DNA from: a virus
Lineage: Duplodnaviria; Caudoviricetes
Virus record (IMG/VR): IMGVR_UViG_3300033062_001341
Location: 1-64,000 of that record
Length of the DNA stretch: 64,000 nucleotides
Reading direction: 5' to 3' (one strand)
The position numbers and the translations under genes were made by a program. The notes under the pieces are model-generated. The model searched no databases. It was not told the origin of the DNA and saw only the letters and a program-made list of their open reading frames with translations. Shown piece by piece: positions 9,555 to 20,479 of the stretch. Numbering within the stretch: position 1 is the stretch's first letter; each line of letters starts with the position of its first letter.

Positions 9555-10634
9555 TTAAGGTGCCTTTTGTAAATTGAAAAATCCATATCCATAGTTTAAC
9601 ATATCCCCCAAATTATCCACCTCCCCGAGTCTTTGAATTCTTTCGTATGCACTATTTTTACCTCTTTCCAAAAATACATTTGTTTGTATTTGTGGTTGGT
9701 CCATCACTTTAAGTAATGATTCCAATTTTGTTATTGGTACTGCCGTCAAATTGTTATCAGTAAATCCTGATGACTGTTCAAAGAATATGCTTGTACCGTC
9801 AGCATAATCATAAAAGTTTATTCCCGTTATCGTATACGCAGTATAGATAGGACTTATGTTCGTTATTGCTCCCCAAATTTCACCGTTCTTTATCACAGGT
9901 ACTCCTACTTGGTATTTTGGAGTACCGTACAAGGCGAGTTCCGTAACCCTTGATTTAGTCAGACCTGAAACTGTGAATGGAACACTAACATAATTGTTTG
10001 ATGTTTGAGCCGAAACCACATTGACAGCATCACCCGAAAATATGTAATCGTAGTTTACTGGTGTTCCGAACCAATTACCTCCCTTAGGTGTGAAATATGC
10101 TGTACCTTGTTGGTTATAAATTGTAACCGCAGAATAAGGTAAAGTAACGTTCTTCTCAACTTTAATAATACCCCACGGATTAACTTGTTCTAATTTTATG
10201 GTGTATGTTTTATTTGCTGAAGGATAAACGTGTGAAATTGAATTAGGTGTATATGTAGTAATTGATTGGGGTTGTGAATCATCTCCCCAAGAGATAACAT
10301 ACTTAGATAAATCCAAAAACTTTTGAAACTCACTTGAGGTGTTGTAGACATACACTCTGTATGGGTCGGCTGTTGTAGATGAGAAAATGAAATTAGATAC
10401 CACATCTTTTTGCATAACCGCTCCGTCAAATGGCGTGTAATAACCAGCATCAACAGCAGTTTGTGTTAGGACAATGTTAAGGGTCAGACCTGTCAACAAA
10501 GAGGTACCATAGGTGTTACCACTTAATACTTGACTCATTCCTGAATAGACACCAACACTCTCACCTCTCCAATCAACAACTGATAGGTCCCCTATTATAT
10601 TTTCTGGTGATACTATAAATTTATAATCTGCCAT
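9555..10634 (-). CDS. Hypothetical structural protein with a PKD-like domain
   Basis: YVISWGDDS...ISHVYPSANKTYTIKL resembles the PKD motif (WDFGDG...HxY...YTV). Confidence 0.6.
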   Translation of the reverse strand: MADYKFIVSPENIIGDLSVVDWRGESVGVYSGMSQVLSGNTYGTSLLTGLTLNIVLTQTAVDAGYYTPFDGAVMQKDVVSNFIFSSTTADPYRVYVYNTSSEFQKFLDLSKYVISWGDDSQPQSITTYTPNSISHVYPSANKTYTIKLEQVNPWGIIKVEKNVTLPYSAVTIYNQQGTAYFTPKGGNWFGTPVNYDYIFSGDAVNVVSAQTSNNYVSVPFTVSGLTKSRVTELALYGTPKYQVGVPVIKNGEIWGAITNISPIYTAYTITGINFYDYADGTSIFFEQSSGFTDNNLTAVPITKLESLLKVMDQPQIQTNVFLERGKNSAYERIQRLGEVDNLGDMLNYGYGFFNLQKAP

Positions 10635-11425
10635 TATGGATTAACGTATTCATACCATTTTATCGGGAGTGGTGTTCCTTCTCTGTTACCTGTGATTGTA
10701 TTAAAAACTTGATATGTTCTTTTATCGTAGTCCAACTTAACCTCATAATAGAAATATGTTAGATTATCGAAATTAAACTCCCCCTGAAGAGTTGATTGTG
10801 GCACTGTCATCATTTTTGTAAAGGTCCCTGTGTCCGCATTAAAGAATTTTGCAGACATATAGAATGTGTCCAAATCAATAAAAGTTCTTTTCTTTAACCA
10901 ATAAATAAAGTAACCCTCTTTATCACCAACATAATCCAAAACAAAGTCGGGAATATTAATTGTGACTGGGGTTCTTTGTAAAATAGCATCCGTCTTTAAT
11001 CCCTGTTGTGTCGGAATTATTATCGTAATATAATTCTTTTGTCTCTTATCATCTGTTGTGTCATACAAATCCAACTTGAAAAAAGAATTTGCAAAATTAT
11101 TTTCATAATAATATATGTTACCTGTTGAGAATCCCTCACCTCTATAGTCTAATCTCCAATTTGCAGGATTAGTTAATGTTCCACCTGAATAGAAATAGAA
11201 TTGATATTTGATTGCAGTTTCTTGTGATGCTCCTGAGAATGGTGCATTCGCAAATCTATCGACCTCAAAGTCTCTACCAACACCAATAACCTCGGTAATA
11301 ATTTCTTGTTCATATAAATCAATACTTTCGGCAAGACCAACATAGTCCCAATCTAAACTAACAGGGATATTAACCTGTTTGTCAGTAAAAGTATCCCCTC
11401 TCATAATATATTTATTCACATCCAT
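10634..11425 (-). CDS. Hypothetical structural protein (263 aa)
   Basis: Long ORF in a coupled operon; the start could instead be the GTG at 11419. Confidence 0.7.
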   Translation of the reverse strand: MDVNKYIMRGDTFTDKQVNIPVSLDWDYVGLAESIDLYEQEIITEVIGVGRDFEVDRFANAPFSGASQETAIKYQFYFYSGGTLTNPANWRLDYRGEGFSTGNIYYYENNFANSFFKLDLYDTTDDKRQKNYITIIIPTQQGLKTDAILQRTPVTINIPDFVLDYVGDKEGYFIYWLKKRTFIDLDTFYMSAKFFNADTGTFTKMMTVPQSTLQGEFNFDNLTYFYYEVKLDYDKRTYQVFNTITGNREGTPLPIKWYEYVNP

Positions 11426-13109
11426 CTATCAACGGTTTTATAGGGAAATCAAATCCAAGTAAGGCTGAATTGAAGTTTATTCCTTCAGGTATTAATCTGA
11501 AAACGATATCCGTATAAGGATATTGAGCAGTATTGAAGAATGGATAATCCACACCTCTTGTTAAATTGTCTTTGAACCCAAAACTATACAGGTCTCTCCA
11601 TCTGAATTGTTGGTCAGAGTTTGAGAAGTATGAGTATGATGGAACTTGGTCTATAAAATCAATTTCTCCTGTTTCAATATAATCAGAAAATACTCTAAGA
11701 GTCATCTTATTGTGTGGGGTATAATAAAAACCTGGAGAGTTTTGGTCTGTTTCTCTTGTTGTTTGGAAAATTCTTTGATTATACTTTATCTTATGATAGT
11801 ATGGCGAAATAATTCTTTCGGTTTGTTCATAATCATTCCATTCACAAAAATCACCATCAATTAAATCATCTTTCTTTAAATCTGCATTGTAATAAAAAGT
11901 ATATGTTCTTCCGCTTTGACTTCTCGTATAAGAAGAAACAGGAATATTTGAATTTGATTTATCGTTAGTCGTACTCCAATAACTGTTAGATACTTTAGTT
12001 AAATTAAATTCCCACCCTTGTTTCAGTCCTACATTATTAAAAGGAGCATTGAAGTATCCGCTATAACCTTTATTAATGATTGTTAAGTACAATTCACTAA
12101 TTGGTCTTTTTTGATTATCTAAAATATTATTAAAATCCAAATCATAATTTACCGTAGCATTATATGCGTTACTACTTGTTAATTGTGATATTCTTGTAAC
12201 ATTATTCGGAGTAATCGAACTGTATTCTAATTTTTTAAGTTCACTGAATACATTCTTTTCAAATCCAGCTTTAGTCATTACTACATCTTCAAGGTTTGTT
12301 AATATCTTGTGTGTCCTAACATAATACTTAGACCTAGTTTCTTCTATATTATCAGGATTAGTAATTCTTCTGAATGTTCCGACAGTTTTATTTTGAAACG
12401 TAGTTCCTGTATACCCGATATTGTAGATACTAAAGATATATTCATCACTACCAAACAAGTCATTACCTAATGAGTACACTTGAAATAAGTTTTTACCGTT
12501 ATAAAATATTGATAGTTCAACATATTCTCCGATTTTAAGCCCATGAGGAGCAATACATTGAAATGCAATTATTGGGCTTCCGTTTTGAGTACTATTATTA
12601 ATTACAAATGGAATTCCTGTAGACGCTGTCCAAGTTAAATTTGTGTCATTCAAAGAATAATATAATTGCTTATTGTAGTTATTACTGTAACCATAACTTA
12701 AATAATAAGTCCAATTATAGGTATATGCACTTTTTGCTTTGTAGTCTACATGTTGGTCAGTGATATTAGGTCTGAAAAAATCAAACTCATAATATTGTGG
12801 TAATCCTTTCCAAATACCATTAGCCTTAGAGACTTCTGGTTGAGTGTAATATAAATTATATTGGAATGGTGTATATGTCGTTGTTCCTGTATAGGTATTC
12901 CCGTAAAGATATGTTACTTTAAATGTTGGTCTAAAAATTAAACACGCTTGTCTTTCATCGTCATATACTTGAGCCAAACTAATAGTGCTACTTCTGTCAT
13001 ACTCAATAATACCTTGACTTTTCTCTTCTAATGAAATAGAAATTTCTTGGTCAACAGATGGTGCCGATTGATACTCTAAATTACTCGGTATGATTTTATA
13101 GTTATTCAA
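11412..13109 (-). CDS. Hypothetical structural protein (565 aa)
   Basis: Long Tyr/Asn-rich ORF; its TTG start overlaps the upstream stop (TTGAATAA). Confidence 0.7.
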   Translation of the reverse strand: MNNYKIIPSNLEYQSAPSVDQEISISLEEKSQGIIEYDRSSTISLAQVYDDERQACLIFRPTFKVTYLYGNTYTGTTTYTPFQYNLYYTQPEVSKANGIWKGLPQYYEFDFFRPNITDQHVDYKAKSAYTYNWTYYLSYGYSNNYNKQLYYSLNDTNLTWTASTGIPFVINNSTQNGSPIIAFQCIAPHGLKIGEYVELSIFYNGKNLFQVYSLGNDLFGSDEYIFSIYNIGYTGTTFQNKTVGTFRRITNPDNIEETRSKYYVRTHKILTNLEDVVMTKAGFEKNVFSELKKLEYSSITPNNVTRISQLTSSNAYNATVNYDLDFNNILDNQKRPISELYLTIINKGYSGYFNAPFNNVGLKQGWEFNLTKVSNSYWSTTNDKSNSNIPVSSYTRSQSGRTYTFYYNADLKKDDLIDGDFCEWNDYEQTERIISPYYHKIKYNQRIFQTTRETDQNSPGFYYTPHNKMTLRVFSDYIETGEIDFIDQVPSYSYFSNSDQQFRWRDLYSFGFKDNLTRGVDYPFFNTAQYPYTDIVFRLIPEGINFNSALLGFDFPIKPLIDGCE

Positions 13110-16100
13110 TTAAAGAATATTTTGTTTTGAATTTATCTAACGCGGATTCACCTTTGACAACTCCAAAATAGAATTGGAATGGTGCTCCAACAATGAATTT
13201 ATCACTTGTTGCACCAACAGTTGAATAAACTCCATTAGAATCTACACTGAATATGTACCCTCTCGCATATAAATCATTAACACTTGATGTTGATGGTCTA
13301 AAATAATTTGGTTGAGTCAACTTAGTTCTATCCAATGATTGATATCTTTGGTTTTGAACGATATCTTCAGAGCCTGTCGCCCAACTATTATATTGGTTAC
13401 CAAATATTGTTGTTGTATTATTTAATTTCCATTGATAGAATGGAACTACTTGAGATTTTATACCATAAGGATATGGATAGTTATTAGAATTATCGTCAGT
13501 TCTAAAATTAATTCTTCCCGGTGTAACAAAATCTTTAAATTGAATGTCGTTCGTTGATGATGAAAACCATACAGCAATTGTTGGGTCACTAGCAGTGCCT
13601 AAAATAGTTGTTGGGTCCGTTGTCGAACCAGGGACATTCTCATAATATTCAGGAGAAAACTTAATTACACCTTCTTCCGAGTTAATCGACATTAACTGAG
13701 CTAAGTCACCATCAATTCTTCTGGCCTGATTAAATAAACTAACATTATTTCTACTGAATAATTGATTTAACGCGTTGTCACCAACAGCAATTATTTGACT
13801 CAAAAAACCTTCATCAGTAATTCTTGAAATTACAAATAAATTAACCAAATCAGATACATCACCATAACTTGTTGAATCCAAAGTTGGCATGATATATCCT
13901 CTAGTAGTTGGGTCAAAAGTTATTTCTTGGTAGAAATAATCTTTCATTCCTAAGTTAATAATTGTTGTTGGAAATAGTAAATTTCTAACGTTCACACTAC
14001 CATCAGGACCAGCAATACCGATGAATTTTTTACTACTATTATTAAATGGACTACTTCTATAATAGAAATTATTTGTTGCACTATCAAAATGAACCAAATC
14101 CGTACAAAATAAAGAAAATGGTTGATTCCTACTATTATATCTCGTATCAACTTGTACTGGAAACATATACAAACTACCATTAACCCAGTTATTCATAAAT
14201 GATTGTGAAAGAACCCCTCTACATAAACCATAGAAAAATCTAAACCTAAAACCCCACTCAGCAAAAGTGCCTAAGTCTTTAATTAAATCTGTTAACGGTC
14301 TTCTCATGAATAAGTAACAACCATTTTCTACCACATCGTCCACCGTACACTGCTGATTAATTTCAAAGTTAGTTCCGAACCCTTTATAACATTTTAATCC
14401 AACCATTGATTCACAATTAAAGCTCTCCAAAACTTTAACTGAGTTTGTAAGACCTTCCAAATCAGGTGTTACAATGTCGGCACCAGTTGTGAATGAAGAA
14501 CTACTAATATCGTCACCATCAGTATTAAGAAGGTATATTGCAAAATTATTGTTTTGTTGTAGTAAAGAAGGATTGTTTGTAAAACTTCCACCATCCAAAG
14601 AATCCGATGTGGGCAATCTATCGGTTCTCAACACATTTAATTGAGAAGTACTAATTGTTATTGAGTTCGTAGGATTTGAAAATATACTATTAGTATAGTA
14701 TGAGTAATTAAAATAATTTTGATAGGTAGATGGTACAAATCCACTTCTCACATAGTCGACACATCCTATTAATCCCGCTCCTGATAAATCCTCAGAACCA
14801 TCATAAAATGAACTACTCGGATTATTGTCATAAAATCCATTAGATGTTTTTGTAATTATTTCACCATTGTTTGTTGTACCATAAGTGGTTGTTACTTCAG
14901 AACTTAAAAGACCATAATACGCTGTATTGGTTGTTGTATATCCAGTAAATTGACCTCCAGACACAGTACTACCGCTAACGCCTGGACTAAAAAAGTATGA
15001 TTGATAAAAAATATCATTCTGATTACTGTATCCTTGTATTGTTGTTGATGTATTAGTTAATTTTTGTATTGGTATATTTAGTCTTGTTTCTGCGGTGAAA
15101 GTCCAATTAGAATCTGATTCATCGGTACCAAATATATCACCTAAACTATATTCATTTTTGTATTTTGGTGAATAAGGGTCAACACCCCTTTGTAAAACTA
15201 AAACATATTGACTCTGAAAATCAGAAAAATAATCTGAAGCTTTTAAATCAATACTAGCTGTTGAATGTGCGTATGTACCAACATTTGGTACTCTAACCCA
15301 AAAATCAACACCCGTACTTGATTCGAAAAGATTTGGAAAAGATTGTAAATCACTACTATTCCAAATTGATGTAGCTTGAGATACCGTTAATGCAGTTACT
15401 ACTTGAAAATACTCTACGTCTGCAGGAAACTTATAATTATTTTCAACTGAACCATATGGGAGATTATAAACTATTGTAGGTGAATTAACGTATTGTGAAG
15501 TTGCGTAACTAACATTAATTGTTGTCGCACCTGAACCATTATATGAAGTACCACTTATACCTGTTTCAACACCGTTAATTGTATCTGCACTATACAAATA
15601 GTTCGTATCTGTTGTTCCACTAATGTTGATGAAAGTTAATAAATCACCCGCACTGTATTGTTCTGTCGATAAGACCGTTAAGGTATTATCATAATGATAC
15701 TTCCCATTATTCGAATCTTTAGCAAAAGTAACTTTCATTTTATTTTTACCAATGAAATAATTTTTTCGTTGATTGAATATATTCACTCGTTCTCCCAATG
15801 GTAAAGATTTTGATGAAGCGAAGGCTGATTGGGTTGAATCTCCATTAACAAGTGCAACGGTTTGAGATAGTGGTAATTTATAAACATTAGAGTTATTAAC
15901 AAACGCAGCAGTATTTTGACCTGCCAACGCCTCACTAAACGCCGCGGCCACTACACTACTATTTGTTGTGTCTCCAGAAAAATAATCTGTTAATAAACCA
16001 TCATAACTTAATGGTGATGAGAGATAACTTAAAAATCCATTTGATGATGCATTTAATGCTAACGATGGGGAGGTTTTTATAGTTGAGCTACAGTCACACG

Positions 16101-17808
16101 CCTGACAGTCAGGATATGTAATCATAGGTAATCTTATAGTATAATCCTTTTTTTCACATTTAATTCCAAGATTTCTACAAATAAAAGCAAATGGACGACC
16201 TCCCAATATTTTAATATTACATATCGAACAGAGAGCATTTATTACAATATTATACAAGTAAATTAAAATGTGGGCAATAATCAAAACTGAAATTCCTATT
16301 GGTTGAATTATTGTGAATAAAATAGAAAACACAAAGAATAACAAATCAAAGTTTCTAAATCCGTCATTGACAGGGAATTTATTCACTGAACTCGCACAAT
16401 CGTCATTATCTATTTCTTTAATACCGATAAATCTACCTTTTGCACCCTTCTTATACTCATCAATTAAACCAGCAACGGTATAAACTCTATTGAATTTAAA
16501 CTCATAAAACGTATCTTCACAATCAATTGCCTCGTTTAACCTGTCTATTTTTTGAGCTCCGTTAAATCCGTTTGTGTATCCACTCCAAGCTAACCCGAAA
16601 TAATAAGAACTATCTAACTGCCTACTATCAGGACCATATTCTTTAATATTTGGGACTAAGTAATTTGGTCTTCTTGTTTGAGTTGTTAAAGCGGCTGGTT
16701 GTTGCCATTTTATTTTGAATCTATACTTAGCCTTTGTTGGAATACCTACAGTTGGGTCATTAGATAATACTTTTTCACCAAATTGATTTGTTACCAAATA
16801 ATCTAAATTCATCGGTAATTCAGTTAACCATGTTCCACTACCATCAATTACATTACCCGCCTGTTCTAGTTGGTATACTTCTAATATTGGATTACCATCA
16901 GAATCTTGTTGAATGGTTTGTCTTATTGCCAAAATTTGTCCGGGTCCCGCAACCAAAGAACACAGATTACCCATATTATCTCTCGGTTTACAATTTCTTC
17001 TGACTCTAAAGGAATCCGCTGTTGAATATATTGAACCCATAAATGTGGACGTAGGCTGAATATCGATATTAGCATCGTTTCTTAAATCAAAATCAATTCT
17101 ATTAATTGCAATTTGACATATATCAGGGTCACCCCACAAAGGAGATATCTCAGCATTTGTTGTTAAATTAACAATCTGTGGTAATGAATTAAGGTCTGTG
17201 GATGTTCTAAATTGATTTCCAGCAACTTGTGCTTCAGTTGCTCTACCCATTCTAATTAAGTCCTGAGGTGTTAATGAAAACTCACCGATATCAGACAAGT
17301 CAACATCCATTACGATAGTTTGACTACCTAATGGAACACCCATAATCATGTAATCACCACTTTCATTTGTTCTAGCAGTAAGTCTATAGTATTTGTCGTA
17401 GATTTCAACTGCAGTTCCCCCTGTTAATGCATCTGTTCTTGATGGTAAAGTACCTGTGGCAGCGTGTTTTGAGTATGATTTTTCGTATGGTAATAAATTA
17501 TATCTATATCCATCACTATTTATATCCGTAATCGATTTATACGGGTAGATACTTTGGATAATTGGGTTTGATTCGTCAATACTTTCGATTGGAATGAAAA
17601 TAGAAACTCTTGCATTTGGAAGACCAAAACCATTGTTAGCACTAACCCTTCCCACTATAACACCATAATCAGCACAGCTTCTTGTATAGATATCAGACTG
17701 TTGTATCTTTATCGAAAGTATTTCAAGAAATTCAAATTCTTGGTCTAACTGAAGATTGATTGTTTTATTGACCCCGACCTCTGTTGGTATTCTATATGAT
17801 TGACCCAT
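13102..17808 (-). CDS. Large structural protein (1568 aa) with N-terminal carboxypeptidase-regulatory-like (CarboxypepD_reg) beta domain
   Basis: GVIVGRVSANNGFGLPNARVSIF...RTNESGDYMIMGVPLGSQTIVMDVD near the N-terminus. An internal hydrophobic/Cys-rich segment (LLFFVFSILFTIIQPIGISVLIIAHILIYLY...C..C) is present. Confidence 0.65.
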   Translation of the reverse strand: MGQSYRIPTEVGVNKTINLQLDQEFEFLEILSIKIQQSDIYTRSCADYGVIVGRVSANNGFGLPNARVSIFIPIESIDESNPIIQSIYPYKSITDINSDGYRYNLLPYEKSYSKHAATGTLPSRTDALTGGTAVEIYDKYYRLTARTNESGDYMIMGVPLGSQTIVMDVDLSDIGEFSLTPQDLIRMGRATEAQVAGNQFRTSTDLNSLPQIVNLTTNAEISPLWGDPDICQIAINRIDFDLRNDANIDIQPTSTFMGSIYSTADSFRVRRNCKPRDNMGNLCSLVAGPGQILAIRQTIQQDSDGNPILEVYQLEQAGNVIDGSGTWLTELPMNLDYLVTNQFGEKVLSNDPTVGIPTKAKYRFKIKWQQPAALTTQTRRPNYLVPNIKEYGPDSRQLDSSYYFGLAWSGYTNGFNGAQKIDRLNEAIDCEDTFYEFKFNRVYTVAGLIDEYKKGAKGRFIGIKEIDNDDCASSVNKFPVNDGFRNFDLLFFVFSILFTIIQPIGISVLIIAHILIYLYNIVINALCSICNIKILGGRPFAFICRNLGIKCEKKDYTIRLPMITYPDCQACDCSSTIKTSPSLALNASSNGFLSYLSSPLSYDGLLTDYFSGDTTNSSVVAAAFSEALAGQNTAAFVNNSNVYKLPLSQTVALVNGDSTQSAFASSKSLPLGERVNIFNQRKNYFIGKNKMKVTFAKDSNNGKYHYDNTLTVLSTEQYSAGDLLTFINISGTTDTNYLYSADTINGVETGISGTSYNGSGATTINVSYATSQYVNSPTIVYNLPYGSVENNYKFPADVEYFQVVTALTVSQATSIWNSSDLQSFPNLFESSTGVDFWVRVPNVGTYAHSTASIDLKASDYFSDFQSQYVLVLQRGVDPYSPKYKNEYSLGDIFGTDESDSNWTFTAETRLNIPIQKLTNTSTTIQGYSNQNDIFYQSYFFSPGVSGSTVSGGQFTGYTTTNTAYYGLLSSEVTTTYGTTNNGEIITKTSNGFYDNNPSSSFYDGSEDLSGAGLIGCVDYVRSGFVPSTYQNYFNYSYYTNSIFSNPTNSITISTSQLNVLRTDRLPTSDSLDGGSFTNNPSLLQQNNNFAIYLLNTDGDDISSSSFTTGADIVTPDLEGLTNSVKVLESFNCESMVGLKCYKGFGTNFEINQQCTVDDVVENGCYLFMRRPLTDLIKDLGTFAEWGFRFRFFYGLCRGVLSQSFMNNWVNGSLYMFPVQVDTRYNSRNQPFSLFCTDLVHFDSATNNFYYRSSPFNNSSKKFIGIAGPDGSVNVRNLLFPTTIINLGMKDYFYQEITFDPTTRGYIMPTLDSTSYGDVSDLVNLFVISRITDEGFLSQIIAVGDNALNQLFSRNNVSLFNQARRIDGDLAQLMSINSEEGVIKFSPEYYENVPGSTTDPTTILGTASDPTIAVWFSSSTNDIQFKDFVTPGRINFRTDDNSNNYPYPYGIKSQVVPFYQWKLNNTTTIFGNQYNSWATGSEDIVQNQRYQSLDRTKLTQPNYFRPSTSSVNDLYARGYIFSVDSNGVYSTVGATSDKFIVGAPFQFYFGVVKGESALDKFKTKYSLIE

Positions 17809-17823
17809 TAAATGGTTTTAACT

Positions 17824-17830
17824 ATAAATA
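17824..17830 (-). promoter_or_regulatory. TATTTAT(A) putative late promoter motif
   Basis: 15 nt upstream of the ATG at 17808. Confidence 0.55.
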
Positions 17831-17897
17831 GTTTATGCGGTATTTTATCAAGAAAATACACCACATTAATTATAGTTCAAAGAAGGTAAAAATAAAC

Positions 17898-19736
17898 TTA
17901 TGAGAACGTAACGGATTGGAAGTTCTTAACAGATACTCTAATATCCTTATTAGGATATCTAATTTGATAAACCTGTGAAGGTTGTGCAAAGATTGTATCG
18001 TCAACTGGTCTGATTAATTTTGTTTCAGGGTCAGCATAAACCATCGAGGTTTCTGCGGATGAATATTGTCCCCCAACTTCATTATAAATATCAAGACCTG
18101 CAACTGTTAACACTCCATTTAGATTTTGAATAATGCTTCTGATTTCGGATAGATAGATATTCTGACCAAGTTGTCTTGTTTGAGGATTGAAGTATGTTGA
18201 TACTGCATCGATAACAGACGAAATAATTTGACCTGAGTTTTGAGCCGCGTCTAAAACAATTGAAACATCAACACTTACATCAATTACTTCAGCGGTAAAT
18301 ATTGAAATGTAATCGTTCATCATTCTATAGTTAGATAGATAATTTGCAATATTTTGTTTCAAGGTATTAGATACAATATTCGTTAATTTTCCCGAAGTAT
18401 CGTATGATAATATTTGAATCATTATTTTATTATCGTTTTCAGTAATAGATACTTTTGCAGGTGCTCCGAACTGAGCTGGCATGTTTCTAATAATCGATTC
18501 GTAATCTTGGACTGTCACAGCTCTCTTTTGTGCTGAGAAGTTGAATGATACGTAGTTTCTAATTTCTTCAATTGTTGGTACACCTGCTCCACCAATAGCT
18601 GCCGTTACGTTATTACATCTCAAAGAATTAATCACCGATGAGTTAGTTGCCTCTGAAGGTCCGTTAACAAAGAATGATACAGTACCAATTTGATTGATTA
18701 CGTTCGTACCTAAGTTGGTTTGTAATCCACCTCCAACTCTATACTGAATAAACAGTGTTGAGTTTGGTGATAACGCAGCCCCTAATGAAACGTTATTAGA
18801 ATATCTCTGAAGTTCTAATGTTGTTCCTAAAGTAGTGAATTGGTCTAAAGCATCTTGAGCGGTATTTGTTCCACCACCAAATGTCATTTTCTTAAATCCT
18901 TCTGCGGTAAATTCACTGATAAATCTATCTTGTGTTTGGATATATCTACCAACTTTAATACCAGGCTGGTCTGAAACTTTTGTTGGGTCTTCAATAAAAA
19001 CTCTATCTTCCGCTAAAGCATCTACCTCGTACCATCTGTTAGTCACCCCCAAAAATTCAGCTGATGTCGGTACGTTCGTGTATTCGGTTCCGTCTTTTAA
19101 TAGAACACTCGTGATACCTAAAACATTCTTTTCAGGTAAAAATAATTCAAAGAATGGTTTTACGTCATTTGGTGTGATAACTCTTTTGAACACTTTGGTA
19201 ATACCATTAACAACAACCTCTCTTTTTGTGATTGTGTAATTTACTAATATACCATTGGCGTTGAAGTTGGGAATCTTTAATCTGTTAGGGAAACCTTGAG
19301 CGTTATATGGTGATGTAAAATCAATATCATATTGGTTTTCGAAAACCAATCCAGCACCAATAACTTGAGACCCTCTCAACAAAGTACCAAGATATCTCTC
19401 ATCCTCTTTATCACCAAATGCGGGTACTGTAATTGAGAAATCAACCAAAGAAACTGAAGGTCTTTGACCCGGTAACTTTAGACCGTATGTTCTGGCAATG
19501 TTATAAATTGACGACTTTTGTTGAGCATACTGAAGAACTGTCTCTTGTATACTTCTATCAATGTGATAGTGTAAATTATCTGCAACAGCGGCATTCAAAT
19601 CTAAGAACACTGAGAAAACTGAAGCGTCATTAAAATCCTGAATTAAGTCAGGATAGTAAGTTCTAACATAGTTTAACAGTTCGGTTCTTATTCCTTCGAA
19701 GTCTCGGGTTGTGTATGATATCTTACGATTAGCCAT
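17898..19736 (-). CDS. Baseplate wedge subunit (T4 gp6 / baseplate J-like)
   Basis: N-terminal YTTRDFEGIRTEL...DFNDAS...LDLNAAVADNLHYHID...AQQKSSIYNIARTYG and C-terminal AQKRAVTVQDYE are gp6-family hallmarks. Confidence 0.9.
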   Translation of the reverse strand: MANRKISYTTRDFEGIRTELLNYVRTYYPDLIQDFNDASVFSVFLDLNAAVADNLHYHIDRSIQETVLQYAQQKSSIYNIARTYGLKLPGQRPSVSLVDFSITVPAFGDKEDERYLGTLLRGSQVIGAGLVFENQYDIDFTSPYNAQGFPNRLKIPNFNANGILVNYTITKREVVVNGITKVFKRVITPNDVKPFFELFLPEKNVLGITSVLLKDGTEYTNVPTSAEFLGVTNRWYEVDALAEDRVFIEDPTKVSDQPGIKVGRYIQTQDRFISEFTAEGFKKMTFGGGTNTAQDALDQFTTLGTTLELQRYSNNVSLGAALSPNSTLFIQYRVGGGLQTNLGTNVINQIGTVSFFVNGPSEATNSSVINSLRCNNVTAAIGGAGVPTIEEIRNYVSFNFSAQKRAVTVQDYESIIRNMPAQFGAPAKVSITENDNKIMIQILSYDTSGKLTNIVSNTLKQNIANYLSNYRMMNDYISIFTAEVIDVSVDVSIVLDAAQNSGQIISSVIDAVSTYFNPQTRQLGQNIYLSEIRSIIQNLNGVLTVAGLDIYNEVGGQYSSAETSMVYADPETKLIRPVDDTIFAQPSQVYQIRYPNKDIRVSVKNFQSVTFS

Positions 19737-19741
19737 CTATC

Positions 19742-20212
19742 TTAAATATTGATAATTAGAAAATCACTCTGAGAAAACGTTTGGGCATTAACTGAGTAAT
19801 CTATTTTTATTTTTGCAGTATATTCTGATGTTCCTTTACCGGGGAATCTGTATATTGAAGATTCACTAGTCCCAACAAAATTTTGACCCGTCGCAATATC
19901 AACTTCTTCTTGTGGGTCAGCCGGTGTAATTGTTATATTATTGAGTAATAGATTCGGCATAAAATTTTCAACTGCATCTCTAATATCTGATTCAATAGCA
20001 TTAAAAGTAAGTCCATCAAATGGTTCAAAAAGAAATTCATACAATCTTGTACCAAATGTTGGTAAATAATATCTTGAACCCTTTCTAGTTAAAAGAAGAT
20101 GTAATAGACTTGACTTAATTGCATCCCTTTGAAATTCGGTTAATCTTAAGTAATCTCCTCTTAGTGAATCCGCGAATGGAAATTCAAGACCATATGTTAT
20201 ACCATTTGCCAT
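19742..20212 (-). CDS. Baseplate wedge protein gp25-like (GPW_gp25)
   Basis: AIKSSLLHLLLTRKGSRYYLPTFGTRLYEFLFEPFD motif. Real start is probably MANG at 20212, not the track's 20287. Confidence 0.9.
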   Translation of the reverse strand: MANGITYGLEFPFADSLRGDYLRLTEFQRDAIKSSLLHLLLTRKGSRYYLPTFGTRLYEFLFEPFDGLTFNAIESDIRDAVENFMPNLLLNNITITPADPQEEVDIATGQNFVGTSESSIYRFPGKGTSEYTAKIKIDYSVNAQTFSQSDFLIINI

Positions 20213-20217
20213 ATCAC

Positions 20218-20224
20218 ATAAATA
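20218..20224 (-). promoter_or_regulatory. TATTTAT putative late promoter motif
   Basis: 5 nt upstream of the ATG at 20212. Confidence 0.5.
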
Positions 20225-20232
20225 TACATGGA

Positions 20233-20445
20233 TTAATTTTTTCTTAAAGAGATACTTCCTCTTGTGTGTTTGGGGTCGTAAGGACAATGTCTACAATAAT
20301 TACCACAACATGAACCTCTTCTTATGTGAAATTGTGCAGTAAATATAAGTCTGTCACCTTCCATGTAATAATCAGAAGGGAGGAGTTTTTTTGACTCCTC
20401 CCTCTTATTATTATCTATTTCCGTGGATTGAACTATAGATTCCAT
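20233..20445 (-). CDS. Small Cys-rich protein (DUF5522-like)
   Basis: YYMEGDRLIFTAQFHIRRGSCCGNYCRHCPY motif (RGxCCGxxCRHCPY). Confidence 0.7.
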   Translation of the reverse strand: MESIVQSTEIDNNKREESKKLLPSDYYMEGDRLIFTAQFHIRRGSCCGNYCRHCPYDPKHTRGSISLRKN

Positions 20446-20479
20446 TAATAATATTTTGAACTAAATTATCGTGTACCAT

